Shown here: positions 11,187 to 21,455 of the stretch, in pieces
Layout of the letters: each line of letters starts with the position of its first letter
Numbering within the stretch: position 1 is the stretch's first letter
Assembly (NCBI GenBank): GCA_030867685.1
Contig: JAQOWU010000001.1
Coordinates: 620,001-684,000, forward strand
Direction of reading: 5' to 3'
DNA: 64,000 nt
DNA from: Wickerhamiella versatilis
Taxonomy: Eukaryota
Translations under genes and position numbers: made by a program
The notes under the pieces: model-generated
The model's database searches: none
What the model was told of the DNA's origin: nothing
Seen by the model: the letters and a program-made list of their open reading frames with translations, nothing else

Positions 11187-11733
11187 GGTTCGCTGAGACA
11201 CCAAAAGTTTATGGATTACTCACGCAGGCTTGATCTAAGACGGGTACTGCTGGTGCAAGTGAGCTGAATACCCACCTGAATCATTTTAATTGAACGATTT
11301 TAGTTGGTGCCAAACTTAAAATAGGCTATAAAGACCATGTAATTCCATTTTTTACTGTCTTTTGTTTCGCTTTCACGGATTCGCCGTACTGCTGCGAACT
11401 ACAGCTAATACCGAAAGATTCCGTGTGAATTTTACAGTAGAACCACATTAACTACGGAGTTATCGACCAGTTTGAATTCATCGTTGACTTCAATAGGTCA
11501 CAACTCTTGTTGAGAAGGTCTTAGGTGGCCTGCCATTGTGAGTTTAGGCAATGACACAACCACTATATATGACTACCCAAAACATCTCGAGTGACATCAT
11601 CCCTCTGTCCTATAATTTTGAGAAGCCTTAGCCCTATCAGGCCATAACCCTAATCAAGATACTCCAAGACAATCAACTCAGCCCTGCCACTCCAATTACC
11701 CCTAACCCCGATTTGCTATTATTGCATTGAATT

Positions 11734-12858
11734 ATGCCCTCAGAAGCGACGCGAGAAGTGGGGTCAATGTGGTCATTGCTAGCCATATTTATTGAAATTG
11801 CTGTTCTTGTAGCGCTAGGGCTCGTCACAAGATACACTATCCTTCATCGCAGCGGTCTCAGGGAGCCTGACCGATTGCACCGTATCTGGTCAAAAGCCCC
11901 TGAGATTCGGTACCAGCCCATTGAACATGTTATGATATTTGCAGTTTTTACAAGTTTTGGCGCACAGACAGTAATATTCTCGTTTGTTACAGCGCTCTGC
12001 AGCATTGTTGGCTTGGCTGATGAACATTCCGTGATCCTTGGTGCCATTTTTATGATCCTGAGCACAGGGATCAGCGCAGCTCTAGCAGTTTTAATATACC
12101 GAGCTGGTGGGGGTAAAGATGGCCGCACGGGATATCTGGCATCGTATGCCTTCAATATTGCAATGTACTATTTACTTGCCGTCGACCTGGGATTCTTTTA
12201 TAGACCTGCAAATGGGTTCAATGTTAGTTTCGCAAGCATAATAATATACGTTCTTTTGCCTCCGGTACTCATTATCGGTGCTCAGGCCCCTTTTGCCATT
12301 TGGGCGCTCCACCGTAAGCTGCCTGCCACGGCACGAAAAATGTACAATGAGGGCATAGTTCCGAATTGGGTTAAGCTGGACAGGTCAATTCTAGTGGCAG
12401 CAGCACCGCTCATGGTGTTCCATGTGATTGGACTCAGCATCCAGAACTACATCGGTTCCGAGACCTATCTTTCCCGGGTTGCCAGCTCGCTATCGATATT
12501 AATGCTTCTGTCCATATCCACCATCACATCCATCATAAGTGTGAATCGGGCACTCCTAGCAAATGAATTTCAATGGCAATGGCGAGCTTTCTTAACGCCA
12601 GCGATTCCGTTGGGAGTCCTGGACTTCATTATCCTTTCTTCACGCACGATATTTGGTAAATATCATTTCGTGCGATTCCTTTATCAGCTTCCCCATTTAA
12701 CCTTAAGCTATGGGTCATGTGGTGTCCTAGGTGCTTATATTTATCTCCTCCTCGCCGAACGCTATGTACGGAATCACGTAGATTTCGATGATGAAGCACA
12801 GACAGATCTTCTAAACGAGTATGAAGTCGATGAAGACAATGAAGAGCTTGATATCTAA
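11734..12858 (+). CDS. Multi-pass membrane protein, divergent nonaspanin (TM9SF/Emp70)-like, no luminal domain
   Basis: Many hydrophobic segments; NEFQWQWRAFLTPA resembles the TM9SF YxWxWRSF motif; paralog of the next gene. Confidence 0.6.
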   Translation: MPSEATREVGSMWSLLAIFIEIAVLVALGLVTRYTILHRSGLREPDRLHRIWSKAPEIRYQPIEHVMIFAVFTSFGAQTVIFSFVTALCSIVGLADEHSVILGAIFMILSTGISAALAVLIYRAGGGKDGRTGYLASYAFNIAMYYLLAVDLGFFYRPANGFNVSFASIIIYVLLPPVLIIGAQAPFAIWALHRKLPATARKMYNEGIVPNWVKLDRSILVAAAPLMVFHVIGLSIQNYIGSETYLSRVASSLSILMLLSISTITSIISVNRALLANEFQWQWRAFLTPAIPLGVLDFIILSSRTIFGKYHFVRFLYQLPHLTLSYGSCGVLGAYIYLLLAERYVRNHVDFDDEAQTDLLNEYEVDEDNEELDI

Positions 12859-13131
12859 CCGTGAAGCTAATTACATGCGGCTGAATGCCGCACAGAATAT
12901 ATGAAAGGCTTAACACACGGGTACTCATGATGATATATACACCGTTAACCAGGCATGCACAACTGCATTATTTAGGCTTAATTAGATGTTTTATTCTGAG
13001 AAAGACTGGTCAAGCAATGCACGGTAGCTAACTCCCCTTCTTCGCCATCACTAAGATCTCACTAAGATCGTACCAAGATTCGATTCTTACAAAAAGGGCA
13101 GTTGCCCCATGTGAACAGTGTGTTTAGTAAC

Positions 13132-14295
13132 ATGACCGCAACAATCGAGATACCAGAGGATAAGCCAGTGAATCCTATATGGCCCCTTCTGGCGATTTGT
13201 GTAGAAGCAATTTCCTTGGGATCCCTCCTCTTCTTCCTGAAATATACGGTGCGATACCGAAGTGGGCTGAATGAACCTGATAAGCTCAATCGGATCTGGT
13301 CCCGAGTGGCCCGAATCCGCTCGCAGCCAGTCAATCGGCCGTTGATATTTGCATTAGCGGTAGGATTGGGATCTCAGACCATGCTGGGTGAGCTGGTGAG
13401 CCCTATTTTTGCTGTTTTAGGGCTTTCTCCTGCGCACCCCAATATACTTGTAGGTATTGGACTCGTCATGGGCCTTATTTCACCGCTTATTAGTGCAGCC
13501 GTCGGCGTTTTGGTTTACAAGGCGGTTGGTGGTGAAGGCTGGCGCAACGTGCTCCTAGGAGGCTTTGGTGTTAATATCATTATGATGGCTTTCCTTGCCC
13601 CCACGATTGCCACCACAATGCAGGAGCAGGCTCAAGGTGAGTTGAGCGCACAAGCAATTATACTTATAGTAGCCATGAGCTGTGTCATTGCCGCAGCACT
13701 TATGGTTCTTTTCCAGCTCCCTATTGCAATTTGGGCAGGCCGACGCGAGGTGCCACCCACTGCTGAGTTGATTCCCAGCAGCCCATCCGAGAAGCCTTCT
13801 GCCAAGATGGATAAAACTCTTCTAATCGTTTCAGCTCCCCTTGTCTTGTTTTATTTGTTGGGCCTCGTGACGTATCTCAAGGTGGGATCTGGAACCTACT
13901 TGGCCCGTGTCGCTACCTCGTGCACAAGCTGGATCCATATAGCTGTGGCAAGCATTAGTGCAATCTTTGGAGTGAACCGTGGCCTTTTTGCGAACCAGTA
14001 CCAATGGCAATGGCGGGCATTCTTGACTCCTGCAATCCCCCTGTTTGTTCTGGAATTGGTTTTCGTTATCATAGCTGCATTGTTCAGCAACGCGCCCTTT
14101 GGATTTTTGACAGTCATGCTCTTTAGTGATTTTGCAGTAAATGGTTCATATGGTGTTCTTGGCACGTATGCCTACCTCACCCTTGCCGAGCGCTACGCTA
14201 AGACGAACGCATTTTTATCTGGTGATAACCAACCCCAGCCAGAAATGGCTTCACGTTATGAGACAAGTGAGTATGATGCGCCAACAGGCTGGTAG
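13132..14295 (+). CDS. Tandem paralog, nonaspanin (TM9SF/Emp70)-like membrane protein
   Basis: Shared RSGL.EPD.L.RIWS, TYL.RVA, QWQWRAFLTPAIPL, GVLG.Y.YL.LAERY; ATG at 13132. Confidence 0.6.
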   Translation: MTATIEIPEDKPVNPIWPLLAICVEAISLGSLLFFLKYTVRYRSGLNEPDKLNRIWSRVARIRSQPVNRPLIFALAVGLGSQTMLGELVSPIFAVLGLSPAHPNILVGIGLVMGLISPLISAAVGVLVYKAVGGEGWRNVLLGGFGVNIIMMAFLAPTIATTMQEQAQGELSAQAIILIVAMSCVIAAALMVLFQLPIAIWAGRREVPPTAELIPSSPSEKPSAKMDKTLLIVSAPLVLFYLLGLVTYLKVGSGTYLARVATSCTSWIHIAVASISAIFGVNRGLFANQYQWQWRAFLTPAIPLFVLELVFVIIAALFSNAPFGFLTVMLFSDFAVNGSYGVLGTYAYLTLAERYAKTNAFLSGDNQPQPEMASRYETSEYDAPTGW

Positions 14296-14833
14296 ACTCA
14301 CAACCTTCCAATCCAGCCTTTTAAAACTATTTTAAAATTTCTTATAGTACTACTTATTGTCGTATAAGTCCATACTGACCTGAATTATTCAAGCGCTAGG
14401 CAGGGCCCTCAGGGCCCACTTCTCCCTCCCCATGTCGCTATATGGAATACTAAGTTAAAGAATTTCCTAAGTTTTTTTTTACGTGTCGTATTTTCTTATT
14501 ATTTTAGACGATATTAATAGAAACCATAAACTATGCATCTTAATAATACAGGCACAGACAGGCGATCGATACGCACGTAGGTAATTTTATTTTACCGAGC
14601 GAAGTTGAGAAGTCAGGAACCGCTGGTTTCGCTACTAGTGCACTTGCTATAGACAAAACGATAGTAATTCAGGAGAAGATAACTAAAAAAATAAATACTG
14701 TTTGAAATTAATATATGCTAATGCTAATCTATAAGTTCAAAGACCCACCGAAGTGGAAATAAAATTGTTAGAGCTTCAGCAATGTTCACTAGGGGCACGC
14801 CTCATGCTTCATTCATGATACGAAACTCGTTCT

Positions 14834-14995
14834 TCAACGGAACAACTTCTTAATCTTAGAAGCCAACTTGTTCGGACGCTTGGGCTTGCTCGAGTCCTTC
14901 GACCATGAAGGCGACATCACGCTGTTCAGAGAAGCTTGGTTGTGTGGGGATAGCTTCTGGTTTCGCTCGAGTTGGAAATAGTACTGTGCAATCAT
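14834..14995 (-). CDS. 53-aa microprotein, copy 1: MIAQYYFQLERNQKLSPHNQASLNSVMSPSWSKDSSKPKRPNKLASKIKKLFR
   Basis: ATG in AAAC context, TGA stop; same length as copy 2, no indels, seven synonymous codon changes; TATA-like CATAAAAG ~40 nt upstream. Confidence 0.8.
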   Translation of the reverse strand: MIAQYYFQLERNQKLSPHNQASLNSVMSPSWSKDSSKPKRPNKLASKIKKLFR

Positions 14996-15735
14996 GTTTA
15001 TTTCGATATGCCAAAAAGGCCGGAAAAAGCTCGCCTTTTATGGGGGCGCGCCTCCTACGCGATTGATGAGCTAATCGTGCATGAACCACAGACCTAGCCC
15101 TGGAATATTGACCGTTGCCATTAGCGCTAAAATGGTGCCTGAAAGCCAAATAAATTTTTAGTAGGACTAAAAGGGATACTTATAAAGATAGAATTTTTAT
15201 TTTAAGCTTTTTTATTGCCAGAATAGCGAATTACACTTAGGGGCCACCCCACATGTATATTTGTCAGCGGTGTCACACTATGAAGTCGCTAAAAAAATCT
15301 AAAATACATGGGAAAAAAATATAAATGATCAGAATCTGTTTATATTGTCCATCCCAAATTATAGGCTATTTTTTTTTCCACTTTCGAACTTTCAACCGTC
15401 CACACGGTCGATATCTGGGTAGGGGAAGACGTTTGATGAGGCTGATGAACCAAATGGCTGGTAAATTAACATCCTCCTGGTCCCGCGTGACTATTATAGC
15501 CATAATATTTTATACGTCGAACTTATTCTGGGTTCCTTAAGGTCTATAGTCACTTGATTTGGTCAAGTGCGGTGTGTTCTCCCCTGATTGCTCATGTCAT
15601 CACGTAATGCTAATGCTAATTAGTACATAAAAAGACTATTTATAGGCCCACAAAGTGGAATTAAAATTGTTAGTGTTTTGAGAAACGGTCTTTGTGAGCA
15701 TGCTTCATGCTATATTCGTGATATGCGACTCGTTT

Positions 15736-15897
15736 TCACTGGAACCACTTCTTGACCTTAGAAGCCAATTTCTTCGAGTGCTTCGGCTTGCTTGAGCCCT
15801 TCGACCATGAAGGCGACATCACGCTGTTCAGAGAAGCTTGATTGTTCCGGGATAGCTTCTGGTTGTTCTCGAGTTGAAAATAGTATTGTGCGATCAT
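15736..15897 (-). CDS. 53-aa microprotein, copy 2: MIAQYYFQLENNQKLSRNNQASLNSVMSPSWSKGSSKPKHSKKLASKVKKWFQ
   Basis: 43/53 aa identical to copy 1; start and stop positions conserved. Confidence 0.8.
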   Translation of the reverse strand: MIAQYYFQLENNQKLSRNNQASLNSVMSPSWSKGSSKPKHSKKLASKVKKWFQ

Positions 15898-16371
15898 GAT
15901 TATTTGGATATGCTAAAAACGCCGGAAAAAGCTCGCCTTTTATGGTGCGCGCCACCCACGCGAGCGATGACCTAATCATGCATAAAGTACCGATCCTAGC
16001 CCTGAACTAACGGTCTTCACCATTAGCGCTAAAATGGTGCCTGAAGGCCAAATAAATTTATAGTAGGACTAAAAGGGATACTTATAAAGATAGAATTTTT
16101 ATTTTAAGCTTTCTTATTGCCAGAATAGCGAATTACGCTTAAGAGAACCCCCACGTGTATATTTGTCAGCGGTGTCACGGTATAACGTCGCTAAAAAATC
16201 TAAAATACATGGGAAAAAAATATAAATGATCAGAATATGTTTAAACTGTCCATCCCAAATTATAGGCTATTTTTTTTGCGGGTTTCGTACCCCCAACCTT
16301 CGACACGGTCGACCTCTGAGCAAGAGGGGTCCTTACTGCTGCCACTGAGCCCTCGAATGATCTAAATAATA

Positions 16372-17907
16372 CTATGCACCACCAAATTGCCTCATCATGT
16401 TGCGGAACATCGGATTGTTCTGTACATTTTTCATCATGTCACCAATATTAGGCATGCCACCCTGCCCACCCAGCAGCTGTGACATGTCTGGCATACCATT
16501 TGGACCGCCGCCACCCATCTGTTGCTGCATCTGGGCCATTCTCCGACGCATAAGTTCTGCTTGAGGACCTTTAGCATTCTGCATTTGCCGCATTTTATCC
16601 ATTACTCCACCTTGACCTCCCATCTTGGATGCCATCTTAGCCATCACCTTCTGCTGGTACAAAACCTCCTCCACCTCACGTACCGAAGTACCAGAGCCTC
16701 GTGCAACCCTCACGGTCCGTGTGGGCTGTGTGCGGAACATTGATCCATCCGAGTCCAACTCCTTCTCCGTCATTGAATCCATAATATAAATCATGTTCTT
16801 TAGTCTTGCGTTAGAATCGTCCCCGGACAACTGGTCTGCGAACTGGCTCATGCCTGGAATCATCGATGCCACCTTCGAGAGTGGGCCCATCTTCATGATA
16901 TTCTGCATCTGGCTCCTCAGGTCCCGCAGCGTGAAGATACCCTGCTGAATGTTTTTGAACGTGTCCTTCTGGTCGAGTTTCAGGGTTTGCACATGCTCCA
17001 TTAGACCTTGGATATCACCGATACCCAGGAGCTTGGAGACGAACTGTTGAGGTGCAAACGTCTCGAGGTCGTATATGTGCTCACCGGTTCCGATGAATGC
17101 AATAGGGGTGTGGGTTGCTGCCACGGCAGAGATGGCACCACCACCTTTAGCATGCCCGTCCATTTTTGTCAAAATAAGAGCACCAAAGTCAGCCGCTTCC
17201 TTGAAAGCGAGGGCCTGGGACTCAGCGGCCTGACCGATGGAGGCATCCAGAACCATGAGGGTCTGGGTGGGACGCACAGCCCGGGAGATTTGGATCATTT
17301 CCTCAAACAAGTCGGCCTCCTGACGGTGACGACCTGACGTATCAACAATGATAAAGTCGAACTTATCCTTCTTGAACTTCTCAACACCATCGTGGGCAAC
17401 CACAACCGGGTCTGGCTCCGTGTATGACCCGTAGAATGGGATACGTGCCCGGGTAGCGTTCTGCTTCAGCTGGTCGAATGCACCAGCACGGAAGGTATCT
17501 GCACAAACCAATCCGACCTTGAATCCGCGGCGCTGGTAGTATACCGCCAGCTTCGTACAGGTCGTGGTTTTACCCGCACCTTGCAGACCGACAAACATGA
17601 CCACATTTGGATGATGTTTCTGGGGCTTCCAAGGAGCAACTCCCGTGTCCACCAGGGCCACGAGCTGGTCGAAGACCGCCTTCTGCACCACCCGTTTTCG
17701 CTGCTGGGGCGGAGTTTCAGCAAGGTTTACCGAGCGCTTAATATTTCCCTTCAGCTGGGCAACAAGCTTCAGCCCCACATCGTGCTGCAGCAATGCCAGG
17801 CTCATGTCGTTGAGCATTTTATCCAGAGCAGCATCATCAACGTCACCCTGGCGGCCCAACTGGCCGATCGCCTGGTTAATGCTTCGGCCCAGGTCTGCGA
17901 GCACCAT
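16372..17907 (-). CDS. SRP54: Signal recognition particle 54 kDa subunit
   Basis: [41 protein letters not shown], Met-rich M domain. Confidence 0.98.
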   Translation of the reverse strand: MVLADLGRSINQAIGQLGRQGDVDDAALDKMLNDMSLALLQHDVGLKLVAQLKGNIKRSVNLAETPPQQRKRVVQKAVFDQLVALVDTGVAPWKPQKHHPNVVMFVGLQGAGKTTTCTKLAVYYQRRGFKVGLVCADTFRAGAFDQLKQNATRARIPFYGSYTEPDPVVVAHDGVEKFKKDKFDFIIVDTSGRHRQEADLFEEMIQISRAVRPTQTLMVLDASIGQAAESQALAFKEAADFGALILTKMDGHAKGGGAISAVAATHTPIAFIGTGEHIYDLETFAPQQFVSKLLGIGDIQGLMEHVQTLKLDQKDTFKNIQQGIFTLRDLRSQMQNIMKMGPLSKVASMIPGMSQFADQLSGDDSNARLKNMIYIMDSMTEKELDSDGSMFRTQPTRTVRVARGSGTSVREVEEVLYQQKVMAKMASKMGGQGGVMDKMRQMQNAKGPQAELMRRRMAQMQQQMGGGGPNGMPDMSQLLGGQGGMPNIGDMMKNVQNNPMFRNMMRQFGGA

Positions 17908-18429
17908 TGATTACTAACAGTATAGATGGGAACACTCGTAGTTTTAGATAGAGCAGCGATGTGCCCAAGGGCTTTGCACCCCGGCAATGTCACCCAATTC
18001 ACACATTAAACTATCTTCTGTATGTAAGGCCGTGAATATCTGAACAGGGCCAAAAGCCTGCCTATTGTGCATCACCTGTGCACGCAATCTAATCCCATAG
18101 AAACACTTGTTTCTCCTTTTATGAAACTACATGCAGCTAGCTGGTGCAAACATAACCTGAAAAAGTTAAAGTTCGCGTCACAGAATTTTATTCTTGGCCC
18201 ATTAAGCGACGTAATAATTATATAATTAAGGAGGACCCCGGCACAGCAACTACAAGAGACTTGATAAATTAGATACTCTCGAATAAATAAATATTATTAA
18301 CCAGTAAGCAATCAACAAACAAGGCAAGGAGAAAGAGGACCAATAGTGTGTTCCCGTTCCCGGGGGGGCATAATATAATAACCCTTATTATCTCATCACT
18401 CCTAAAACTCTGAAGATCCAAAAACAGTA

Positions 18430-19225
18430 AACGTTATTCCAGTCCTTTGCCCTTGGGTGCTGAGGCCTCCGGAATGGCGATGAAAGGGTCGTGTCAGCTG
18501 GCGCCCTCTGGCATAATCTTCCAGCCTGCTTCACAGGCTACTGTGCAGACCAACTATCCCCACACCGTACTGCTAGGCCCGGAAGCAACTCTACGCCCCT
18601 CCCATTTTCGAAGACAGTTGATGCGGTCCTCCATAGACTTAACCCGTTTTCATCGCCGCGAACTCATGGACCTCATGATCCAATGCTTCGAAAGCCCTTT
18701 CGAACCACCCAGGAAGCCTAGGGTACCACACACGGCGGTGCGGGTCGAATTGTCGTCGGCCCATGAATCCGTGACAGGCCGATTGCGGCAGCTGATTTCT
18801 CAAAGCTCCTAACGCACAGTACTTCTAGTAAGTGAGGGGCCTGGACCATGTGACCCGCACCGAGCGCTCGTGTCGTAGGTTTCGACGCGGGGTTCCCGCC
18901 CGAGATTGACCTCGCGAGTTCGGCCTCCCTTGCCGGTTTTTTTGCACCCCTGCCTTAAAATAAGTTTTGCGATCTTTGGCAGAATAGAAACCAGGCCTTA
19001 ATTGTGCCTCGGTATGCGCAGGATCCTTGTTTTCATCGTCCTCCTTCTTGACACTGGGCTCGTCAGCGGGGATGACTGGCGTCTTTTTTAGCAGCCCAGG
19101 ACCAGGGAGTTTATCACGATGATGAGGTGTGCATATTCTGTTTGGCGAGCATGGTTCCTGGGGATATTCAAGAACCGCAGCGGGGTTTGACAGCGTCCGC
19201 GCCATCCGGAACGATATTTTTGGGA
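18430..19225 (+). ncRNA. Large structured ncRNA with 3' Sm site; telomerase RNA candidate (ends approximate)
   Basis: Nested complementary segments 18461-68/18993-19000, 18476-85/18648-57, 18659-65/18916-22, 18736-46/18852-62, 19033-39/19116-22, 19054-60/19093-99; ATTTTTGG at 19216-23; GC-rich relative to AT-rich flanks; no convincing ORF. Confidence 0.6.
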
Positions 19226-19649
19226 GAAAGATTACTACTGCTAAGACTGATCGTGTTTTATCTAGGCCCCTCATTGTTACTCTCTTATATAGCGTTTTGT
19301 ATGCATTTTAAGAGTTTATTTTAAAGCAGGCTTTTGGAAGCTCCTATCCACGCACTATTTGTTAATTGCACCGCCCACCACTAAGAACCTGTCACTTAGG
19401 TTGGGTTAGGTCAGAGATATTAACCCCCAAAAAAAGCTCATATGGTTTAGCGGGCTCAGACACACACGAACTGAACCCACATTTTTGCAATAAAATAGTA
19501 GTCCTGCCTGATAAGTTAGCCAAACCCCGACCCACTCTCGTGACCGGTCAACTTTGACTTTTGGTCATAGGATCTTACCCTGGCCCTTGCCTTACCCCAA
19601 GGCGCATGTGACTACTTTAGTGGAAGTTTACCCACGCCACACCCCCAGC

Positions 19650-20669
19650 ATGGCAGAGTCGGATAAAGCAGCGAATTCGCTGCTCCAGGAGTCCGTATTT
19701 CTGCAGCACTTGTCGACGTACCCCGTTGTACAAACTCTCACCAGCTACGTGAATCATTCGTCCCTTGCTGCGCGCGCCGCCGCAGTCTTGCGATGGGGCT
19801 ATGGCTATTCGCAGCCGGTTGTGGACAAGCTCTCATCCTCCGCGCACCCAATTCTGAAAAAATTCGATGTTTTTAGCGATTCCGTGCTGTCAAAAATTGA
19901 TACGCGCTTCCCATCCTTAAAGACCACAAAGCCCAGTGAGGTTTTCGAGTATGCGCAGTCATCGATTGGTTCTGCGCGCGATAAGGCTGTCTCAGGATAC
20001 CATTCTAAGGTCCAGTCGCCCATTTCTAACTATGCTAATGCTGCTAAGAAGCAATATGATGAGATCTTCGATACTCAGGTGGATCCTAGGATTACGCCGC
20101 TCAATAACAAGTTGGAGGCGGCGATCTCAGAGTATTTGCCAGAGCCCGAGAGTCCAAAAGTACTTCCCAACAGAAATGGTCCCCAACTTGAACGCACGAG
20201 AAAGCTTGCTGCCGAAGCAGCTAGCCGGGTTACTCCCTCGATTGTCCAGGCCCGCGATACGGCACAGCATCATATCCTTGAGACATATTCCACAAATTTA
20301 CAGGGTGACAGTCTTTATGCGAAGATTCTCGCGGCTCTAGCAACAGGACGCACCTTATCTACAGAGTCGTACAGCGCTCTGCTGGAAAAGTTTGGCACCT
20401 GTGAGAAAGTTGACGCAGCGGTGGATAAGGTGAAGTCAACTGTGTCTGAATATGCGGGATCAACTGAGAAGGCTGCCGATGCTGTGGTTGCTGCCGCATC
20501 AAAGGCTGACGCTGATGCATCGCAAGCGTTTCATGAGATATCAGAGAAGGTTGAAAAAGAGATTGAAGGTGTCGGTGAGACGGAGTCAAAGCCAGTCGCT
20601 GGTACCGAAGATTCGACGAATAAGGAATCTGTTAGTGAACTTGTTAGCGACCTTCAATCAGAAGCCTAG
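19650..20669 (+). CDS. Perilipin/CAP20-like lipid droplet protein (Pln1/Pet10-like)
   Basis: SVFLQHLSTYPVV, D..LSKIDTRFP.LK motifs; ATG at 19650. Confidence 0.75.
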   Translation: MAESDKAANSLLQESVFLQHLSTYPVVQTLTSYVNHSSLAARAAAVLRWGYGYSQPVVDKLSSSAHPILKKFDVFSDSVLSKIDTRFPSLKTTKPSEVFEYAQSSIGSARDKAVSGYHSKVQSPISNYANAAKKQYDEIFDTQVDPRITPLNNKLEAAISEYLPEPESPKVLPNRNGPQLERTRKLAAEAASRVTPSIVQARDTAQHHILETYSTNLQGDSLYAKILAALATGRTLSTESYSALLEKFGTCEKVDAAVDKVKSTVSEYAGSTEKAADAVVAAASKADADASQAFHEISEKVEKEIEGVGETESKPVAGTEDSTNKESVSELVSDLQSEA

Positions 20670-20936
20670 ATCGGATAAGGCGTTGTTGTGTTATTAATAT
20701 TTTTTAGTATGTCTATATGTTTTAAATGCCAATTGCTGCTTATTCCCACCATCCATAGTAGTTTCCTCTTGGTTATGCCTCGCTCGGCTCGTGCTCGGCG
20801 GTCCTCCGCCAGATGACATAATTACGTCATATTTCCGTAATGAATTTTTGATGAATGGTTACTCATCTTAGGGTACAGGGCCTGTGGGAACTACTCACTC
20901 AGTACTCCATGCTCATCCAGAGCTAGCTATCCACAC

Positions 20937-21455
20937 ATGGGAGGCATGAACGAGTACCAGGTGATCGGCCGCCATTTGCCAACTGAGGCGGCGCCAGAGC
21001 CGAAGCTCTACCGCATGCGCATCTTTGCTCCAAACGTTGTCGTCGCCAAGTCGCGTTTCTGGTACTTCTTGAAGCGTTTGCAGCGTATTAAGAAGGCTAA
21101 CGGTGAGATTGTTTCGCTCAACCAGATCCACGAGAAGCACCCCAAGAAGGTGAAGAACTTCGGCATCTGGCTGCGTTACGACTCCCGCTCCGGAACTCAC
21201 AACATGTACAAGGAGTTCCGTGAGTTGACCCGTGCTGACGCCGTCGAGGCCCTCTACAAGGATATGGCCGGCCGCCACCGCACCCGCTTCGGTAGCATTC
21301 ACATTCTTAAGGTTGTGGAGCTTCAAAAGGCCGACGAGGTCAAGCGTCCCTATCTTCGCCAACTTATTCACAAGGACCTCAAGTTCCCGTTGCCCCACCG
21401 TGTTACGAAGTCACCAACGGTCTACGCACTTCAGCGTCCTTCTACTTTCTACTAA
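20937..21455 (+). CDS. RPL20: 60S ribosomal protein L20 (eL20)
   Basis: [43 protein letters not shown]. Confidence 0.98.
   Translation: MGGMNEYQVIGRHLPTEAAPEPKLYRMRIFAPNVVVAKSRFWYFLKRLQRIKKANGEIVSLNQIHEKHPKKVKNFGIWLRYDSRSGTHNMYKEFRELTRADAVEALYKDMAGRHRTRFGSIHILKVVELQKADEVKRPYLRQLIHKDLKFPLPHRVTKSPTVYALQRPSTFY

Larger units (their letters stand above)
14717..16318. repeat. Tandem segmental duplication: ~700-bp units at ~14717-15415 and ~15606-16318
   Basis: Colinear similarity at offset ~902 bp with long identical blocks, e.g. ccttcgaccatgaaggcgacatcacgctgttcagagaagcttg and agtaggactaaaagggatacttataaagatagaattttt. Confidence 0.95.

Noticed and set aside
14856-15979. ORF-track proteins 14856-15149 and 15758-15979 (...FSEQRDVAFMVEGL...)
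   Set aside because: Alternative frame of the duplicated unit. Starts and N-termini are not conserved between copies, whereas the 53-aa frame keeps start, stop and length and takes silent changes.
18770-18800. SRP RNA helix-8-like CAGG-CCG-ATTG-CGG-CAGC next to SRP54
   Set aside because: Loop is not GNRA, no Alu-domain motif found, and SRP RNA would not have an Sm site.
18815-18835. U3-like 5' end (GTACTTC followed by GTAAGT)
   Set aside because: No box A (GGATCATTTC) follows any plausible 3' splice site.
19115-19255. Box C/D snoRNA reading (CACG-ATGATGA ... CTGA-TCGTG)
   Set aside because: The terminal stem is out of register for a K-turn, and the C box is already paired in the 19033/19116 helix. 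Kept only as a weaker alternative to the Sm-RNA model.
18447-19324. ORFs 18447-18812, 18491-18721, 18825-19274, 19127-19324
   Set aside because: Overlapping, several without ATG starts, no recognisable motifs; expected by chance in GC-rich structured sequence.
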